From Styela clava (Eukaryota), in the NCBI RefSeq assembly GCF_964204865.1, contig NC_135250.1, positions 8,928,001 to 8,992,000 of the forward strand: a DNA stretch of 64,000 bases, written 5' to 3'. This document shows positions 11,504-26,384 of the stretch, piece by piece. Each line of letters opens with the position of its first letter. Position 1 is the stretch's first letter. The position numbers and the translations under genes were made by a program. A model generated the notes under the pieces. That model had not been told where the DNA came from. It ran no database searches and saw only the letters and a list, made by a program, of their open reading frames with translations.

Positions 11504-14500
11504 ATGGGGATAGCGTGCTGTAAATGCACAGATGGAGATAATGATGAAACGATTAACAAAAAGAGAAAAATGACGAAAACGCAAAGGCGGCGTTGGTTAA
11601 GGCGGAGAAAAACAGATGGAGAGATATTTCAATCGACTGAACCAACGAGGGAATCGCTAGATGCAGAGAAGCGGGAAACAGGTCAAATCGCTTTTAAAAA
11701 GCAGCAGCTTTCGTTGTGAGTAACAATATTAATTTAATTCGAATAAGTGAATACTTTTTTTTATAGTTAAACTCAGAATTAAAACGGTTGTTAATATAAC
11801 AAACATATTTTTTGATGAAATAATTTTGTCGTTGATAACACCGCCCACTTTTATCAATCTTGTCCTGCTAGGAATCTTGAAGTGAAGTAGTACTTTTCAA
11901 TGATACATCCGAAATTAGGATATATGGGTTACCAGCATATTGACATAGAGGTACTCCCGAAGTATAGTAACCAAGATGGCGGACACCGGAACGTGGTATG
12001 TGTACGAGGTTAGGGTTATGCCATAATTTAATTCCAATTTTCCGTATTTTAGTTCTATTATGAGTTTGCGGTCTAGCCAAATGACTCCCGTAATATTTGT
12101 ACCTGAAATTATGGCTCAACCCTGACCTGCTACACATACTACGTTCCGGTATTCGCCATCTTGGTTCACATACTTCGGGAGTACCGACATGAAAATCTCT
12201 CGAAACGCTTTTTCCCAATAACACTAATCGACCAGAAAGTGGTATTTTTGCACGCGCAACATTTAATGATCTGTTATCCAATATATGAAATCAAATATAA
12301 GTCAATGTGGAAATAATTGTATTTATTTATCTTCTCCCATTTTCCTTATGTTCCGCATGACATTTCCAATATTCCGGCACACAGTCCCACCATATAAAGA
12401 TTAACTTTACTCGAAAAAAAAAAATTTATTGTCCGTGGACAAATAACTTTATGGATCAATTGACATACATTAAATGGAATGAACATTGGCAACGATGGCT
12501 GCAAAAAGATGATGAATCTTGTAATTACATCAACAATTATATTGAAAAGAAAAAGTGTAAAGATTTTTCCATCGTCAGGAACTGCGTTTCATTCATAACG
12601 AACAAAACCCAACCACAATCTAATGAAATCACACATCATAAACAATTCATAACATTGGGAGATGGAAGCTGACTGCGAGTAATATATTCTCTTTAGCCGA
12701 TTTTTCATTGATTTTATTCTATTAGTATCAGTTCGATTTGAATATTTTTGTCTTTTACCGTTTGTTCAGAAGACGCTGTTTCTGATTTGTCATTTAATTT
12801 GAGTTGGTTTAGAGAACCAGGCTGAATTTGCTTTATAGAAAAATTGAATTTTCCTATTTTAGCTGGCTTGTAACATTGCATTTATTCAGTGAATTTCATT
12901 CCTACTATCAATTGCATACATTCAAATATATTTCTAAAAAAAAAACAGTTTGCTAAAAAAAGGTAATATAATATTTCATCATCAACTAGTAGTCCAAGGC
13001 ATTTTCAACTCATTCGCGTAACGTGGATGGCTTTAAATAATATGCATATTCACAAATTGTTATTGGCATATGCATTTTTAGAAATGGAACTTTTGGGAGG
13101 AGAAATACCCTGAAGCCTTTGCGAATATACCTGGGGAATCGTTTACATGAGTAAGTTTTTACCTGTTTTATTAATTTGCCGTTGCCACGATTCACTTTTC
13201 CACAAAACGCTATTTTTACAGAACTCAGAGAGTTTGGGAGACAAAGCTGCTTTGGGCATCGGATTTGAGATCCAATTACACTGCGCTACTTCTACGAGGA
13301 CTAGTTCTTTCTTCCAGGAGGGTAATGTGTCCATTTACTCTTTCGAAATATTCAGAGTATTCACACGTTTAGACGGTTCATATTATATGTAATCTGCTGA
13401 TACAAATTGAAACTCATCATGTTAAGCTAAGATGCATGTCAAGGCATCAAATTGAGTATCTTTTCGTATAAATTAATCCTTATTCCGTATATCGACAGAC
13501 ACGTCATGTTACAAGAGTAAATGGGCTAATGTCATCAGTCAACGTTGTCAATACCACTAATAAAAAATGCATCGAATCATTTTCCACAAAAGTCTCGAAA
13601 TTTCAATCAACAGTAAGTATATTGGTTTCTGAAAACAAAAATTTGTGTCCCTATTAGTAGTATTCCATGTAGTTGTTGATATTTTATTATATTTTCAGAA
13701 ATGTAATCCGATGCAACAATTTGATCCACTGAGGTAAGCGCTTTATATTCAAAATATTTTTTATCAATAGACAAACTTTGAAATTCATACCTGAGCAATT
13801 TATACAATCAACCATAAAAAATATTCTGTTATATATATCTAGAAATGGGAATTTCACAGGAGTGATCTCCATGAGGAAGACACTCAGGAACTATTTGAAA
13901 CAGTAAGTTTATGAATTATATTATCAACTTGGCATTGTTGTTGCAATTTATACTTTAAAACGAGATTGATTTTTCGCAGAACTCGAATGACGTGGGAACA
14001 AAGTTCCTTGTTATGGGCTTCCAGCGTCAAAGTAAACCCAGGTCGTTGTATGAAGATTGTTCAAAGTATTGTTCGTTTTACTTTTGAGGTAACTTTTAAC
14101 ACGCGTATTTTATAATCAAGAATATGTTTATTTCAGCCTGCTTATAAAGTGCGGAATAGGTCGCTATAAATATGTATATTGATCTTTTAACTGGCTCGTG
14201 TCCACAGCACACAACACATAGGTGAAGAGTTTTTAGTTCTCGGAAAGTTAATTTAACGTTTGCCTTTCAAAAAAATCGAATAGGTGTGCGAAGCATTTTC
14301 TACCAAACAGTATCCATCTTCACCTATCAAAAAATATTTGCACCAGCATTTTTATTTAAACAGGCATCTCCGATGTCTCTTAAAGCAGGAAAACTGATTT
14401 CGGCCATTCCTATTGGTCATATGAGGTCGGCCAAGTTGGCAAATGACGAATCAAAAGTAAGTTCAGTAACTAAAAATGAATATATATAGTATTAACTGAC

Positions 14501-17105
14501 TGTAATTAAGATAAAACACTTCCAGATAGGAGAAATGCAAATTAACATAAAGTTCAGACATGGTTTCTTTATTTTTGTATTTGGTTAATTGGTATAACGC
14601 GTATCCAAACCCCTTTTTTGTACCTTCATCTTAGTGAGTCCCCATGCTAAGCGTGCACGTATATAAACTACCGCTAAGACTAACTTTTTGAATGCTTATT
14701 TTTTTAAATATTCAGCCGAAAAAAGAAATTGTTTCATCTAGCGATTTGACAGCTCTTAAAACATTGGGTTGCAAAAGAGATGAAACGTTAGTTCAGTCAA
14801 GGGTAGGTTGATTTTATTTTTCGTAATTCGCAAATTTCTGTGTCAACTAAAAACTATATCTTTTTTGTTTTCTGTATTTTAAGAATTATCAGGAGAACAG
14901 ATTCCATCAAACTATGTATGTATCTTTTTTCATTTGAATAAAATATATATGTTAAAAATCCAATATATTATTCACGTTTCTGTTTTATTTCAGGGAAATT
15001 GCAAAACTTAAACAACAGAACGAGAGAACGAAAATAAAAATCAAACGACAGATTCAGGTGATATATCGACGATCATGGCTGACAAATATTTTACTCGAAA
15101 ATAAAAACGATTAGAAAGTTCATATACAAATATTCAAAGTATAATTAATTAATTAAGCGCAAACAATAAACCAATTGTTCATATCAAAACAAAAACTGAT
15201 CAAAATGTGATCGACTTTTAGGAACGACATGAAATGGCGCAGGACAGAAGCCATCGATTCACTAATCCGAAGGTCAGTTATATTTATTCTAACACACATA
15301 CTCTAATCATTCATCAATTTTAGCTGCTTTTTACTATGCTCTGCACTGCTTATTTACTATGCTCTAATATTGTAATAGACACTCATGGATTTCATTTTTA
15401 GACACCGTGTTTTGTTAACTGCGAGGTTAATAAATCGGCGATTCATAGCAGTCCTACAAATGTGAGATCTGCTTCAAACGAAGTTAAACGTGAATCAAAA
15501 GTAAGTATATTCATCGGATGTATTGTGATAAAAAAAAATTACATTTTATTTCTTTAATATTCAACAATAATTAATGAGTAAAATTTGAGCGAAAAAGGGG
15601 ATTTTTATGATAATTCCCATTTTTAATCCGTTTCATTTCTTATTTCAAGTGCTTTCCTGGAGAAAACGACGTCCGGCCACGTCTGTGAGTATAATATCTA
15701 TTTTTTCATTTATTAATATGATTGAAATTTTGGGTAACGAATTTAAAGTACTTCTCTTTTTTAAGTGGATTTGTAAGATTCAAGGAAAAGAATAAAAAAA
15801 GGATGGAGACAATCAGGAGGCGGAGAGAGGTAAAGTAATAACAGAAACATTAAAGAAAATTATTTCAAAATTTGAAAAAAAATATTCGAAAAGTTTTTAC
15901 AAGCTGATATAGAAAATTGCATGTTTTCACTGGAGTGGGAGCAGGATTTGCATTTTCTAAATTCCCCAGAGTCGAAGTTTTTGTTACAAAAATTCGATTA
16001 TTCCGGATTTCATAGCTGGAGTGGGAGTCGGTCCTGAAATATGGTCCGAGTCCGGATGCGTCAGGCGGAGTCGATTTGAATTCTCTCCGGCTCTAAATCC
16101 CTGTAAAAGTAAAAAATGATTTCCATCCTTTTAGGAACTCGAAGAAAGAGTTCGGCAGATGGATGAAGACCTCAGAATATCCAAAATGAAGGTCTGGTAT
16201 TTATTTATTTATACTAGATTTTTTTACTTTTTCTCCATTTCAACTTTAAACTTTGGATCAATATTTCTATCTTAAGTTTGTATGAAAAATGTCTTATTCT
16301 ATTTTTGAGTTTAGTGTTTTGATAACTTTTTTGACCAAACTTCATTATGGTTTTATTATTGCCATCTAAGCACCTTTTCGAACAGATTTGAAGAATATTA
16401 TTTGGTAAAGCAATCACTCGCACATTTCATGTTTGACACAGTTAGAATCACGAATATTCTAAAATCTATTCCGCTTATTTTTTTTTTTAGCTTGAACGAT
16501 CTAATTCAGAGAATACTGTAAAACATCATCAAACCGAAGTTGGTAAGTATCATAATCCATTTCGCTATGTTAAAATATCAACCCAATTTCATCTGAATAT
16601 GACGACATTTGTGGTATTTAGATTTATTAGTTTGCCGCAAAATAGAAAGTGTATTTGTGAGATTTGGTTGGGTCATAGCCCAAGTTCGTGAGACAAAATA
16701 AGATATAACTGCTAAGATTAAGATTATAATAATTGCTGAGTCAAGTAATTAGAATGTAATAAAAATATGAAGATGGAAGGATTTAGTCTGTCTAATTTTG
16801 GTTATGCGCATACGAAGTAGACAAGGAGAAAGGATCTGCAGTTTAACATAATATCCTAGTACCCAACGTAGTTCAAACTGATGGTTACAAATTAGTATCG
16901 TGGAAATTCCATTACGAAGTCGATAGGTGCTTTTCTAGAATATTAAAACATATTTAAAAAGATAAAATCATCATTCGACTCGCATGGGATACAATATTTT
17001 ATAAAATACTACAAAAATGTAAAAGATCAATATCCCTATCTCATATTTACAGGTGACAGCAGAAACAGGGAATGCCGAAACTCCCAGCAATGTTTTCCGC
17101 CATAA
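11504..17105 (+). CDS. 18-exon orphan gene, copy 2 (apparently intact)
   Basis: Same exon chain as copy 1 with splice dinucleotides retained. Only substitutions seen in the exons, no stop or frameshift. Confidence 0.78.
11944..12191. mobile_element. Same foldback MITE, array copy 2
   Basis: Same inverted repeats at the equivalent intron-1 position. Confidence 0.8.
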
Positions 17106-18713
17106 CCACTGGGTCACCAATCCACATACATTTGCATATTTGTGTGTCTTGATTTTTTTATATGCACTTATTTCTCTGTATTTTAGCATAAATATATATA
17201 TAAACATAATTATCGGATTTGATATCCTTTATTTGGGTGAATTTTTGTAAATGTAATAGTTGAATCAGTGTTTTCAGCTGGGTTGCTCGACCTAAAAGGG
17301 AAATTGACTTTTGAACTATCGGAAAGAACTTGACTACTTTCCTCCTTGACTTCTTCTCTTTTTTCGCCAAAATGATTTTTTCTGTCTTATTCCACATATT
17401 CACACCTTAATTTTTTTGGGGGGCCTCGCCGATTGACCTTATTTATTATATTTTTTACTTTAACTTCTCAATGCTTAATTTTTTCATTCCTTTTTTATTC
17501 GTAGTGCACACGCATAAACTTTATTTTATCTCTACAACTTTCCTTGTCTGTTTTTCTAGATTACTTTCCTCTTTGGCCAGAATAATTTTTTTTTTCATCT
17601 ATACTTATTTCAACATTTCCAATCTTAATTTTCTTTGGGGCCTCATTAAACTTTTTTCTCTGCAACTTTGCTTGTCTGTTTTCCTAGACTACTTTCCTCC
17701 GTGACTTCTTTTCTCTTTGGCAAGAATGATTTTCTTTTATCTGTACTTATTTCACAACATTTCCAATATTAATTTTCTCTGGGGCCTCGCTTTATTATTT
17801 TTTCCGATGAGATCTGCAACTTATTTGAGTATGTCACAGAAAACTGAAAGTTTCAAAGTGGAATCTATGAACGCAGTTGCTGTCACGGACATAGAATGTG
17901 AAACAGTATCAACAATCCATACAAACATTCCAAACGAGACACATAAACTGTCAAATCAGTCTAAACGTATGAGCTGCCATTCGAAATAGGAACATTTATG
18001 CAGAAAAGAACATGATACGGAGGAATACAACTCACTTGAATCAATTAATGTTGAATACAAAACATTTGATAACTTTGGGATTTCGTTGGAGCAGGTACCA
18101 CACAACTTTGTCTGCTAACTGTCATTCTGCTTCATTCCATTAAATATTATGATATCCTATAAAAAGATTGAAAAAAAAGCTGATCTCTCAACTCTAGCGG
18201 ATCACGCGACACAATCATAAGAGTCCGAGACCCTTACATTGTATATATACTATGGACGTTGTGTAAAAACGCGTTGCGTTATTGTAAACTCAAAATTTTC
18301 GGAAACTTGATATATCTTCTGTTTCTAGTTTATTCAATAAATTTAACACGGCCTTCGGAATGTGTTCATTAAAACATTTTCAAATATTTTATCTGGTCTT
18401 CTCAAAATAGTTTAGCAAAAATTCTATTCTACAGACATTTAGAAATATTTGAATGTATATTTTGAAATTATTGTGGTGGTTATTGCTCTACTAGAGGTGC
18501 GGTTGACGTGTTGTGGAGTAGCGATTCTTGAAATGGGTGAAGCAGATATGAAAAAGCGAAAAAAACTCGGATGGGGAGATTCATTCAAGCACATTTCAAA
18601 AGATTAAAAATATGAAAACTTGTTTTGGGTATGTGCCAGTTGTAAAACGCCCTCAGAAATAGAAGCTCAAAGTTAGGCTGTTAGTGAGAAGTCAATTAAG
18701 CTATAGTATAGGG

Positions 18714-19715
18714 CCGGCCTGCCCAACCCTTTTAGTGTCGCGGGCCACTTTCACATAAAGAATTCATTGCGGGCCACAATCGTTTTTACCAAACTTAAAT
18801 ACCAGCCAAGTTCTGTTTTACGTCGTTTTGTAAAATTCGAATGACCAATACAAGTACCTAACAAAGCAACGTTTTTAGGATTTCCGAACGAATATATTGA
18901 ATATGTAGGAATGACATCAAGTCAATATTATCACAATTTCAAACGGATTCGCAGTAACTAAATTTCAGAATTTTTATTTAACGCAAAATGAGCATGACCA
19001 CAATAGAAAAATACAAACAGAAGAAAAAAAAACGAATGCCGGACCCAGTAGCAAATATATTGTTCACTTTTTTTACGGCGGCGATAAGGAATATCAAAAT
19101 CGACACGAATAATATGTAATAAGAATGAAATTAATTTCGACAATAGCTTTCGAGTTTGTCAAACAAAACGCGCAGTTCCGCAAGATATGAAAAACCTAAA
19201 CAACAAAGTCCACCAGATCGCAAGACGTGATATCTGTGTGATATGGAGAACCGACAGTTGGATAAAGATGGCCGGAATGAACACAGCAAAATCACGAAAC
19301 ATACCTTACTAGCCTATAGAAAATATCTGTATCTGAAATCCCAATTGTCATTCACGGCTCGTTGGAAAGTGGTGGTTGAATACATTCAATACAACACACT
19401 GGAATAGGCAAATCGTTCGTATCACTAATTGAAACGATGTCTCGAAAATTGTGATTTCAAAGCTGACTATGATAAAAAGGAAGTCCAGATATCTCTCCCC
19501 GACAATCACGTCCGCAAAGAGACTTGAAAAGTGGCATTTCTCGACCGTTTAAACAAGGAATAATGTTTTTATGGCATGTGTCAATATTTTCTTAGGTTTG
19601 TGGGAGACATCGAGATAAGTTTAGCATACCAAATTCTGGAAAATGCCGCGCGGGCCACTCGGAACCCTTCAGTGGGCCAGATGTGGCCCCGCGGGCCAGG
19701 TGTTGGACGACCCTT
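18714..19715. mobile_element. Same hAT element, unit 2
   Basis: Same ends and TSD; copied with the array. Confidence 0.78.
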
Positions 19716-21061
19716 GTATAGCGTCTCCGCCACGGGCTTAGTCGAAAAAACGAGTTTTAGAGTCTATTTCGCAACTCAAGACCAAGGGGTTCATACTCGG
19801 GCTGTCAGTACAATGTAAATTCATACTACTTGCTGGCGTTTGCAAATTTGTGTGCGTATAGAAATTTTATACAGAATGACAGGGAGTTTTATATCCTCGA
19901 ATATCTTTCTCGATTAAAGCATTGTTATTTGCAAAATGTAATGATGTGAAAAAAATATTTCCAATCATAGGCAGTTAAACATGGAGATTCCCGAGATATT
20001 TATTGAGATTTCCAGTTTGTTTCGAGTGTTTAAAATCATTACTAAATAATCATACCTCCCGCGGTGTAGATATATTTTATCAACTTTCTCACTTGCCTTT
20101 GCATCTTATTTGATCAACGGAGAATTTTGAAATATCCGAAGCAGCTCACTCGAATTCACTGTGATGATTTTGGGAATATTTGTAAGTAAACGTGGCAACG
20201 CAACTCGTGTACGACCGATTTCTTGGAGAACTATTTTATTCATTGGCGCAACTTAATTGGATGATTCAGGAAGAGCTGTAACCTTGATTTGACCTTCGAA
20301 TACTTATAATACACAAATAGTGGCATAAAATTCTCTACTCCGAATTATTTACTGACAACGTTTTAAAAAACATCAGTAAATAAATAAATAATAAATAAAT
20401 AACACCCGCATGTTAAAACAACGTTGTATCTATGCATTCTAAGATGTAACTGTTTGAATTACTAGAGATATTTATTAAGGGTCCGTTTAATGAATGTTTC
20501 GAATAAATCTTTCCGAATGAATTCATTTACTCATGACAATATTTCTGTTTGGATCACTGACCATGACCTTTTGTAACATGGCAACTACCGATTACATAAC
20601 AATGGTTCAACAATGCCCTTGGCAACCTTGGTATCCATGAGAACCAGAGACAACCAATCATGTACCTCTGTACTTTTGCAATTAGTCTTGTAGTCTGTTC
20701 TGCCGAGTCTTTACTCGTTCGGTCGAGGGGGTTTAAGTTTCAATCGTAAGATGTTTTCGATAGATGTTTCTGCGTGGCTTGTTATGCTAAGCCATTTCCT
20801 GGTGAGAAATGATAATAATGTTGGGCTATATGTGCCAATGCAATATTACTTCATGGTAACGTTATATTTAATGACTCAATCTGACGGATCGAATACCGGT
20901 GCAAAATCGAACACCTATTGTCTAATCCGATTTTAATTTTCCGAATTCTGTCCAAATCCAAGTTTTTATAGTAATCAGACTTAATCAATATGTTATATTT
21001 TATAGCCTTGGAATAATACAATCAATTACGTTACATCCCATTCTTGCTAGCCAATTTCAAT

Positions 21062-24000
21062 ATGGGGATAGCGTGCTGTAAATGCACAGATGGAGATAAT
21101 GATGAAACGATTAACAAAAAGAGAAAAATGACGAAAACGCAAAGGCGGCGTTGGTTAAGGCGTAGAAAAACAGATGGAGAGATATTTCAATCGACTGAAC
21201 CAACGAGGGAATCGCTAGATTCAGAGAAGCGGGAAACAGGTCAAATCGCTTTTAAAAAGCAGCAGCTTTCGTTGTGAGTAACAATATTAATTTAATTAAT
21301 ATTGTAATAAGTGAATACTTTTTTTTATAGTTAAACTCAGAATTAAAACGGTTGTTAATATAACAAACATATTTTTTGATGAAATAATTTTGTCGTTGAT
21401 AACACCGCCCACTTTTATCAATTTTGTCCTGCTAGGAATCTTGAAGTGAAGTAGTACTTTTCAATGATACATCCGAAATTAGGATATATATCGATTAGGA
21501 TAAAATCTCTCGAAACGCTTTTTCCCAATAACACTAATCGACCAGAAAGTGGTATTTTTGCACGCGCAACATTTAATGATCTGTTATCCAATATATGAAA
21601 TCAAATATAAGTCAATGTGAAAATAATTGTATTTATTTATCTTCTCCCATTTTCCTTATGTTCCGCATGACATTACCAATATTCCGGCACACAGTCCCAT
21701 CATATTAAGATTAACTTTACTCGGAAAAAAAATATTATTGTCTGTGGACGAAGAACTTTATGAATCAATTGACATGCATTAAATGGAATGAACATTGGTA
21801 ACGATGGCTGCAAAAAGATGATGAATCTTGTATTAACAACAACAAATAAATTGAAAAGAAAAAGTGTGAAGATTTTTCTGTGGTCAGGAACTGCGTTTCG
21901 TTCATAACGAACAAAACCCAACCACAATGTAATGATATCACACATCATAAACAATTCATAACATTAAGAGATAGAAGCTGACTGCGAGTAACATATTCAT
22001 CTTTAGCCGATTTTTCATTTATTTTATTCTATTAGTATCAGTTCGATTTGAATATTTTTGTCTTTTACCATTTCTTCAGAAGACGCTGTTTCTGATTTGT
22101 CATTCAATTTAAGTTGGTTTATACTTCAGTCTGAATTTGCTTTACAGAAAAATTGAAATTTTCCTATTTTAGCGGGCTTGTAAAATGGCATTTCTTTAGT
22201 GAATTTCATTCCTACTATCAATTGCATACATTTAAAAATATTTAAAAAAAAAACAGTTTGCTAAAAAAAGGTAATATAATATTTCATCATCAACTAGTAG
22301 CCGAAGGCATTTTCAACTCATTCGCGTAACGTGGATGGCTTTAAATAGTATGCATATTTACAAATTGTAATTGGCATATGCATTTTTAGAAATGGAACTT
22401 TTGGGAGGAGAAATCCCCCGAAGCCTTTGCGAATATACCTGGGGAATCGTTTACAAGAGTAAGTTTTTACCCGTTTTATTAATTTGCCGTTGCCACGATT
22501 CACTTTTCCACAAAACGCTATTTTTACAGAACTCAGAGAGTTTGGGAGACAAAGCTGCTTTGGGCATCGGATTTGAGATTCAATTACACTGCGCTACTTT
22601 TACGAGGACTAGTTCTTTCTTCCAGGAGGGTAATGTGTCCATTTACTCTTTCGAAATATTCAGAGTATTCACACGTTTAGACGGTTCATATTATATGTAA
22701 TCTGCTGATACAAATTGAAACTCATCATGTTAAGACAAGATGCATGTCAAGGCATCAAATTGAGTATCTTTTCGTATAAATTAATCCTTATTTGGTATAT
22801 CGACAGACACGTCATGTTACAAGAGTAAATGGGCTAATGTCATCAGTCAACGTTGTCAATACCACTAATAAAAAATGCATCGAATCATTTTCCACAAGAG
22901 TCTCGAAATTTCAATCAACAGTAAGTATATTGGTTTCTGAAAACAAAAATTTGTGTCACTATTAGTAGTATTCCATGTAGTTGGTAATATTTTATTATAT
23001 TTTCAGAATTGCAATCCGATGCAACAATTTGATCCACTGAGGTAAGCGCTTTATATTCAAAATATTTTTTATCAATAGACAAACTTTGAAATTCATACCT
23101 GAGCAATTTATACAATCAACCATAAAAAATATTCTGTTATATATATCTAGAAATGGGAATTTCACAGGAGTGATCTCCACGAGGAAGACACTCAGGAACT
23201 ATTTGAAACAGTAAGTTTATGAATTATATTATCAACTTGGCATTGTTGTTGCAATTTATACTTTAAAACGAGATTGATTTTTCGCAGAACTCGAATGACG
23301 TGGGAACAAAGTTCCTCGTTATGGGCTTCCAGCGTCAAAGTAAACCCAGGTCGTTGTATGAAGATTGTTCAAAGTATTGTTCGTTTTACTTTTGAGGTAA
23401 CTTTTAACAGACGTATTTTATAATCAAGAATATGTTTGTTTCAGCCTGCTTATAAAGTGCGGAATAGGTCGCTATAAATATGTATATTGATCTTTTAACT
23501 GGCTCGTGTCCACAGCACACAACACATAGGTGAAGAGTTTTTAGTTCTCGGAAAGTTAATTTAACGTTTGCCTTTCAAAAAAATCGAATAGGTGTGCGAA
23601 GCATTTTCTACCAAATGGTATCCATCTTCACCTATCAAAAAATATTTGCACCAGCATTTTTATTTAAACAGGCATCTCCGATGTCTCTTAAAGCAGGAAA
23701 ACTGATTTCGGCCATTCCTATTGGCCATATGAGGTCGGCCAAATTGGCAAATGACGAATCAAAAGTAAGTTCGGTAACTAAAAATAAATATAGTATTGAC
23801 TGACAGTAATTAAGATAAAACACTTCCAGATAGGCGAAATGCAAATTAACATAAAGTTCAAACATGGTTTCTTTATTTTTGTATTTGGTTAATTGGTATA
23901 ACGCGTATCCAAACCCCTTTTTTGTACCTTCATCTTAGTGAGTCCCCATGCTAAGCGTGCACGTATATAAACTACCGCTAAGACTAACTTTTTGAATGCT

Positions 24001-26384
24001 TATTTTTTAAAATATTCAGCCGAAAAAAGAAATTGTTTCATCTAGCAATTTGACAGATCTCAAAACATTGGGTTGCAAAAGAGATGAAACGTTAGTTCAG
24101 TCAAGGGTAGGTTGATTTTATTATTCGTAATTCGCAAATTTCTGTGTCAACTAAAAACTATATATTTTTTTGTTTTCTGTATTTTAAGAATTATCAGGAG
24201 AACAGATTCCATCAAACTATGTATGTATCTTTTTTCATTTGAATAAAATATATATGTTAAAAATCCAATATATTATTCACGTTTCTGTTTTATTTCAGGG
24301 AAATTGCAAAACTTAAACAACAGAACGAGAGAACGAAAATAAAAATCAAACGACAGATTCAGGTGATATATCGACGATCATGGCTGACAAATATTTTACT
24401 CGAAAATAAAAACGATCAGAAAGTTCATATACAAATATTCAAAGTATAATTAATTAATTAAGCGCAAACAATAAACCAATTGTTCATATCAAAACAAAAA
24501 CTGATCAAAATGTGATCGACTTTTAGGAACGACATGAAATGGCGCAGGACAGAAGCCATCGATTCACTAATCCGAAGGTCAGTTATATTTATTCTAACAC
24601 ACATACCGGTACTCTAATCATTCATCAATTTTGGCTGCTTTTTACTATGCTCTGCACTGCTTATTTACTATGCTCTAATATTGTAATAGACACTCATGGA
24701 TTTCATTTTTAGACACCGTGTTTTGTTAACTGCGAGGTTAATAAATCGGCGATTCATAGCAGTCCTACAAATGTGAGATCTGCTTCAAACGAAGTTAAAC
24801 GTGAATCAAAAGTAAGTATATTCATCGGATGTATTGTGATAAAAAAAAATTACATTTTATTTCTTTAATATTCAACAATAATTAATGAGTAAAATTTGAG
24901 CGAAAAAGGGGATTTTTATGATAATTCCTATTTTTAATCCGTTTCATTTCTTATTTCAAGTGCTTTCCTGGAGAAAACGACGTCCGGCCACGTCTGTGAG
25001 TATAATATCTATTTTTTCATTTATTAATATGATTGAAATTTTGGGTAACGAATTTAAAGTACTTCTCTTTTTTAAGTGGATTTGTAAGATTCAAGGAAAA
25101 GAATAAAAAAAGGATGGAGACAATCAGGAGGCGGAGAGAGGTAAAGTAATAACAGAAACATTAAAGAAAATTATTTCAAAATTTGAAAAAAAATATTCGA
25201 AAAGTTTTTACAAGCTGATATAGAAAATTGCATGTTTTCACTGGAGTGGGAGCAGGATTTGCATTTTCTAAATTCCCCAGAGTCGAAGTTTTTGTTACAA
25301 AAATTCGATTATTCCGGATTTCATAGCTGGAGTGGGAGTCGGTCCTGAGTCGATTTGAATTCTCTCCGGCTCTAAATCCCTGTAAAAGTAAAAAATGATT
25401 TCCATCCTTTTAGGAACTCGAAGAAAGAGTTCGGCAGATGGATGAAGACCTCAGAATATCCAAAATGAAGGTCTGGTATTTATTTATTTATACTAGATTT
25501 TTTTACTTTTTCTCCATTTCAACTTTAAACTTTGGATCAATATTTCTATCTTAAGTTTGTATGAAAAATGTCTTATTCTATTTTTGAGTTTAGTGTTTTG
25601 ATAACTTTTTTGACCAAACTTCATTATGGTTTTATTATTGCCATCTAAGCACCTTTTCGAACAGATTTGAAGAATATTATTTGGTAAAGCAATCACTCGC
25701 ACATTTCATGTTTGACACAGTTAGAATCACGAATATTCTAAAATCTATTCCGCTTATTTTTTTTTTTAGCTTGAACGATCTAATTCAGGGAATACTGTAA
25801 AACATCATCAAACCGAAGTTGGTAAGTATCATAATCCATTTCGCTATGTTAAAATATCAACTCAATTTCATCTGAATATGACGACATTTGTGTTATTTAG
25901 ATTTATTAGTTTGCCGCAAAATAGAAAGTGTATTTGTGAGATTTGGTTGGGTCATAGCCCAAGTTCGTGAGACAAAATAAGATATAACTGCTAAGATTAA
26001 GATTATAATAATTGCTGAGTCAAGTAATTAGAATGTAATAAAAATATGAAGATGGAAGGATTTAGTCTGTCTAATTTTGGTTATGCGCATACGAAGTAGA
26101 CAAGGAGAAAGGATCTGCAGTTTAACATAATATCCTAGTACCCAACGTAGTTCAAACTGATGGTTACAAATTAGTATCGTGGAAATTCCATTACGAAGTC
26201 GATAGGTGCTTTCCTAGAATATTAAAACATATTTAAAAAGATAAAATCATCATTCGACTCGCATGGGATACAATATTTTATAAAATACTACAAAAATGTA
26301 AAAGATCAATATCCCTATCTCATATTTACAGGTGACAGCAGAAACAGGGAATGCCGAAACTCCCAGCAATGTTTTCCGCCATAA
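21062..26384 (+). CDS. 18-exon orphan gene, copy 3 (apparently intact)
   Basis: Same exon chain with splice sites retained. The indels seen (MITE loss, 6-bp insertion, 32-bp deletion) are all intronic. Confidence 0.78.
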
